64,000 bases of DNA. It comes from a virus. Of this stretch, positions 60,509 through 64,000 are shown one piece after another (position 1 is the first letter of the stretch; each line of letters opens with the position of its first letter). The stretch is from IMG/VR virus record IMGVR_UViG_3300023106_000002, positions 1-64,000 of that record; one strand, written 5' to 3'. Both the position numbers and the translations under genes were made by a program. Below the pieces are notes generated by a model. That model saw nothing but the letters and a program-made list of their open reading frames with translations, did no database searches and was not told the DNA's origin.

Positions 60509-61631
60509 AATTTAAAAATTTAGGATAAACAATACATTCCTGAAGGTTAACCTCTTCAGTAGGTTGGAGTTCTGTGATAGTGAAATAAATTCTCTTACCA
60601 CTAATATAAACAAATGGAAGTTCTCCATTTATCATCATTTTATTAAGTGTTTCTTTTGGATTGAATTGAGCACCTTGACTGATTTTGTAGAAACTTCTAT
60701 CACTACCTTGTTTACATAGTACTTGTTCAGAATGATCTTTCAGATAATCTATATAAAGGTTTTTTATACCTTCTTTAAAGAATTCATCATGTTTGATTTT
60801 AAATCTTTCTTCACTATAAACAAAGTTTGCAGGAATTGGCATACCTTCACTTCTCATCATTGCAAATAAGTCATCAAACCTATGCTGCATTCTGTCTTCA
60901 CTCATGTTGAATTTTCCTCCTGCTGCTTGAAGTACAATGTTTCTCATGTATCTAAAAGGTCTGCCTTCTTCACTCTCCCATCTAACATAGTTATCAAGAG
61001 TCATGAATAAAAGTTCAAACTTTTGAATATCAAATGGATCTGCATTGATTTCAATAGTAAGTTCACTCATATCTTCTGAACCAAGGCAGAATTCTCTCAA
61101 TTTAAAGATTTCTTCTCTCTTGTCCCATGCTGAATAAGTAGTGTTTTCAAATTCTAAGCCAGGTAAGTGACTATGTAAGTAACCATTTGACCACTCATCA
61201 TGTTTGACAGTTAATCGAGTTCCTTTCATAGTACTCAAATTAATACCTGTAATATCATAACTCAAGTCAAAATATACAAGTAAATTTTCAAGTTCTCTTT
61301 CATTACTAGTACTATTAGTGATTGTAATTTTATCATAGTTGATAATAATAGCAGGACAATAAAGTTTTCTATCTGTAACAGTCATGTGAATATCCCAATT
61401 ATCACCATAATGATTATTCATCAAAGTTATCAATTGACAAAGTTGTTCATAATAAACTGTTGCATCATCTCCTATAACTTTAGTAAATCCACGAGTACTG
61501 GTAGCAATTTTACCTTTATCAAACAACCTCTTTAACCATTTTGGATCTTTAGTAAGAGCCATTTGTCTAGCATTGTTAATGAATTGCTGTCTCCTGCTAG
61601 TAGAGTCATGCATACTATTGCTTAAATTCAT
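60381..61631 (-). CDS. Putative prokaryotic E2-like (UBC-fold) protein
   Basis: Beta-meander followed by YLHSHLP (61167-61175) and FCLG (Cys 61086-61088), then helices ending WES.EGRPF; sits between Ubl and JAB. Confidence 0.65.
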   Translation of the reverse strand: MNLSNSMHDSTSRRQQFINNARQMALTKDPKWLKRLFDKGKIATSTRGFTKVIGDDATVYYEQLCQLITLMNNHYGDNWDIHMTVTDRKLYCPAIIINYDKITITNSTSNERELENLLVYFDLSYDITGINLSTMKGTRLTVKHDEWSNGYLHSHLPGLEFENTTYSAWDKREEIFKLREFCLGSEDMSELTIEINADPFDIQKFELLFMTLDNYVRWESEEGRPFRYMRNIVLQAAGGKFNMSEDRMQHRFDDLFAMMRSEGMPIPANFVYSEERFKIKHDEFFKEGIKNLYIDYLKDHSEQVLCKQGSDRSFYKISQGAQFNPKETLNKMMINGELPFVYISGKRIYFTITELQPTEEVNLQECIVYPKFLNYVSEQLEIHLYATCVNGAGIYALSNSNDNVNSVPEQSEALVF

Positions 61632-61637
61632 ATATTT

Positions 61638-61677
61638 AAAAAAATTAAAGAGTTCCGCATATAAATGCAGAACTCTT
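61638..61677 (-). terminator. Intrinsic terminator between Ubl and E2 genes
   Basis: Minus strand AAGAGTTCTGCAT-TTAT-ATGCGGAACTCTT (one U.G pair) followed by TAATTTTTTT. Confidence 0.7.
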
Positions 61678-61687
61678 ATTAAACTTC

Positions 61688-62296
61688 TTAGTTTCTAAAG
61701 CCTCTTTCCATGTCAGCAGCTTCTTTGGCTAACCTTTTGGTTTCTGCTTCATCTGTTTCCGCTGCAATATCATCTGCACCTTTTTTTGATGCAGGTTTAG
61801 TTGAAGCTTTTGGCGCAGGAGCAACTTTAGTAGCTGTTTTCGCAGGAGTTGCTTTTTTAGCTGCTGTTGTTTTAGCAGCAGCTTTAGCAGGTGCTTTCTT
61901 TCCTTTAAAAGATTGCACTTTACCACGCAACTCTTCAATTTTCATTGAAGAGTAACCAGTATAATGCTCTTTTGCATTGTCAAATGCAGCAATGTCTTCT
62001 TTGACAAGTGCTTTCAAACCTTTTAAATCGGCTCCTGCTCCACGTTTTGCAGCCATACCTGATTTGGTTTTCTTTGGTCGCATAAATACAGTAAAAGGTT
62101 CTTCAGGTAAAGCAGCTTCTACATGGACAAGGTCAAGTTTTGACCCTCCAATAGTTGAATGTAATTGATCAACTTCGTAACCTTGTGCTTTCAACAGCGG
62201 GATAAGTCCTCCCCATGTTGTTGCATCAGATTCGATCTTCGCTTTCTTGTTACCTCTTGTTGAATAAACTGTAATTGTTCTTTTTGTTGCGCTCAT
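61688..62296 (-). CDS. Ubiquitin-like (beta-grasp) precursor fused to a basic Lys/Ala-rich tail
   Basis: Residues 1-80 show a beta-beta-alpha-beta-beta-beta pattern ending VFMRPKKTKSG; first gene before E2-JAB-E1. Confidence 0.68.
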   Translation of the reverse strand: MSATKRTITVYSTRGNKKAKIESDATTWGGLIPLLKAQGYEVDQLHSTIGGSKLDLVHVEAALPEEPFTVFMRPKKTKSGMAAKRGAGADLKGLKALVKEDIAAFDNAKEHYTGYSSMKIEELRGKVQSFKGKKAPAKAAAKTTAAKKATPAKTATKVAPAPKASTKPASKKGADDIAAETDEAETKRLAKEAADMERGFRN

Positions 62297-62318
62297 AATA
62301 AAAATGTGTTGTTTTAAA

Positions 62319-63053
62319 TTACCAATTAATTGTGTTTAGAGACAACTGCTCTAAAAGTTTGTTAACAAAATAAAAATGATTGCATCCAAAAAACCCTGCA
62401 TTTGATGAGTATGCTTCTGCTGCGGGATGTGCTGCTGTCAATACATAGTTCTTTAATGGGTCAATAGGTATCTGCTCAATTGTCTGTTTTGTATATCCTT
62501 TAACTCGGATTATCGATTTTGCTGACATATATGTTGCATAGTCCTGTGCTTTTCTCCCCCAAAGTAACCATATACAAGGATGTTGTTGACTAATGTAGTA
62601 AACTACTCGCTTAGTAAATTCATCCCAGTATCGTAAATGACTGCCTGCTCTACCCGATTCAACAGTTAGCGCAGTATTAAGTAAAAATACTCCTTGTTCT
62701 TCCCAATGCTCCAAAGTCTGCCAAGTACCAGCAAAGAATGATGGTGGAGGTGTATGCTCGAAATTGAGCAAAAGTTCTTTTCTAATATTCGCAAGCGAAG
62801 CAGGAACTTTATTACCTTCATTGACAGCAAATGCTAATCCATTAGCATAGTTTGGTATAGGGTAAGGGTCTTGTCCAAGTATCACTACTTTGATAGAACT
62901 TAATGGTTGTCTGAATACTCGAAAAATGTTTTGTTTTTGTGGATACGCTGAAATGTTAGGAAGTACTTCTAAATTCAGCTTCAATAGTTTCCCATGATGA
63001 AGTTCTCCAAGAAGAGGCTTCCATGATTCATGGATAATGTCAGTAGGATTCAT
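62319..63053 (-). CDS. ung: Uracil-DNA glycosylase, family 1
   Basis: KVVILGQDPYP, GLAF, PASLANI, QGVFLLNTALTV, LLWGRKAQ, HPAA, GFFGCNHF. Confidence 0.95.
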   Translation of the reverse strand: MNPTDIIHESWKPLLGELHHGKLLKLNLEVLPNISAYPQKQNIFRVFRQPLSSIKVVILGQDPYPIPNYANGLAFAVNEGNKVPASLANIRKELLLNFEHTPPPSFFAGTWQTLEHWEEQGVFLLNTALTVESGRAGSHLRYWDEFTKRVVYYISQQHPCIWLLWGRKAQDYATYMSAKSIIRVKGYTKQTIEQIPIDPLKNYVLTAAHPAAEAYSSNAGFFGCNHFYFVNKLLEQLSLNTINW

Positions 63054-64000
63054 GTGTTTTGATTTAGGAATTGTTGTAATACAGGTTGTCCTTTCTTTAA
63101 GTATAAATCTGATGGATCACTTATTCCCTTAGGATTAAGTTCTTCAGGCAACCATAAAGATGTTGCCTTATCACGAAAGTGATTGTTTATAATAGGAACA
63201 AGTTTTTCAGAAGATGCGATACCTTGAGTATCATTATCATACCATACAATGACTTTACGAAAGCCTTTCACTATATTCATAAGTAAAGCTTCTGAAGGAA
63301 TCATCCCTTCATTCTGAAGGTAGATTGCATACTTTCCATGATTAGTAAGTACTCTCCAATCTTTGTATGATTTAGTAATGATTAGCTGATGACCAAATGG
63401 TGGTAACAAATGTAATCCGCCTATGTCATCTTTACGACATGTTGTGACGAATCTTCCCTTACCTTTTCGATGCGGAAAATAAATCTTTTTCCTCCCATCT
63501 TCATAATTTGTATCAGCATACGCAATATCATATACTCTGCTAGCTGTGTTCCCGTTCTTTCCATCTACTATATAGAACTTACTTACTGCAAATTGCTTAT
63601 CATCAATTAAGTTCTGTTTACTTATACCATAACTTCTCCAAAACTTAGCATCTTGGAATGTAAATGCTCGTGAATCAAAGTTAAGTGTGGCATACTTTCT
63701 TTCAATAGACTCTAACTTAAAAACTCCCTTAGTCTTTATCTTGTTCTTGATAAGTCTCTCGTAGACAAATTCAAGGGTTTGATAAAAATTAGGGAGTTTA
63801 AAGTAAAGTTTAACAGCATCAAAGCAGTCAAGTGGCTTATTATGTAATTGCTTACTTCCGTAATCAACAAACCTTAGCTTACCTGTAAAAGATGTAGTTC
63901 TTTCAAACCAACATCCTGCTCTGTTATCTGTTCTAAAAGGTGATGTAACGTAAACATATTCAACTGGTTGATAACCAAACACCAATTCAAAAATCTCTTC
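63050..64000 (-). CDS. DNA primase (Toprim, crAss type; 5' end beyond window)
   Basis: SPFRTD, IITKSYKD, VWYDND..G, SDPSD motifs; frame open to position 64000. Confidence 0.8.
   Translation of the reverse strand, partial: EEIFELVFGYQPVEYVYVTSPFRTDNRAGCWFERTTSFTGKLRFVDYGSKQLHNKPLDCFDAVKLYFKLPNFYQTLEFVYERLIKNKIKTKGVFKLESIERKYATLNFDSRAFTFQDAKFWRSYGISKQNLIDDKQFAVSKFYIVDGKNGNTASRVYDIAYADTNYEDGRKKIYFPHRKGKGRFVTTCRKDDIGGLHLLPPFGHQLIITKSYKDWRVLTNHGKYAIYLQNEGMIPSEALLMNIVKGFRKVIVWYDNDTQGIASSEKLVPIINNHFRDKATSLWLPEELNPKGISDPSDLYLKKGQPVLQQFLNQNT

Noticed and set aside
102-62168. Many short antisense or alternate-frame ORFs in the ORF track (e.g. 29768-30226, 9846-10229, 57480-57779, 61710-61955)
   Set aside because: Fully nested in well-supported genes, low-complexity shadow translations with no motifs
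1-64000. Stop-codon reassignment (TAG/TGA), common in some crAss-like phages
   Set aside because: Very long ORFs (up to 4365 aa) are intact under code 11, coding density is near complete, and the TAG-ending genes I checked do not read into the next gene in frame
1-64000. tRNA genes, CRISPR arrays, introns/inteins, integrase or transposases
   Set aside because: Intergenic gaps are under ~90 nt, with no cloverleafs or spaced repeats seen; TerL, MCP, ThyA and helicase are uninterrupted; no mobile-element genes recognised

Overview
AT-rich, gene-dense segment of a lytic crAss-like bacteriophage (Crassvirales-type, Bacteroidota host, probably Flavobacteriaceae-like), read in the standard genetic code. 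Plus strand 1-46100 is the virion module: terminase large subunit (5'-truncated), portal, scaffold, major capsid protein, ring/auxiliary capsid proteins, head/tail fibres, holin, a PD-(D/E)XK nuclease, an IHF-like protein, tail tubular and muzzle proteins, ejection proteins and a 4365-aa virion RNA polymerase polyprotein (DYDID catalytic motif, C-terminal HExxH zincin motif). A bidirectional terminator at ~46106-46139 separates this from a convergent minus-strand replication/nucleotide module: primase (5'-truncated), Ung, resolvase-like and ExoVIII-like nucleases, dNMP kinase, SF1 helicase, ThyA and a MazG-like protein. The most notable element lies in that module: an apparently complete phage-encoded ubiquitin-like conjugation operon (62296->57341). 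It comprises a Ubl precursor ending ...KSG and fused to a basic histone-like tail, an E2-like protein (HSH...CLG), a JAB/MPN protease, a minimal ThiF/E1 and a coupled unknown protein with an SSB-like acidic LPF C-terminus. All assignments come from motif recognition and synteny by eye; no database searches were run.
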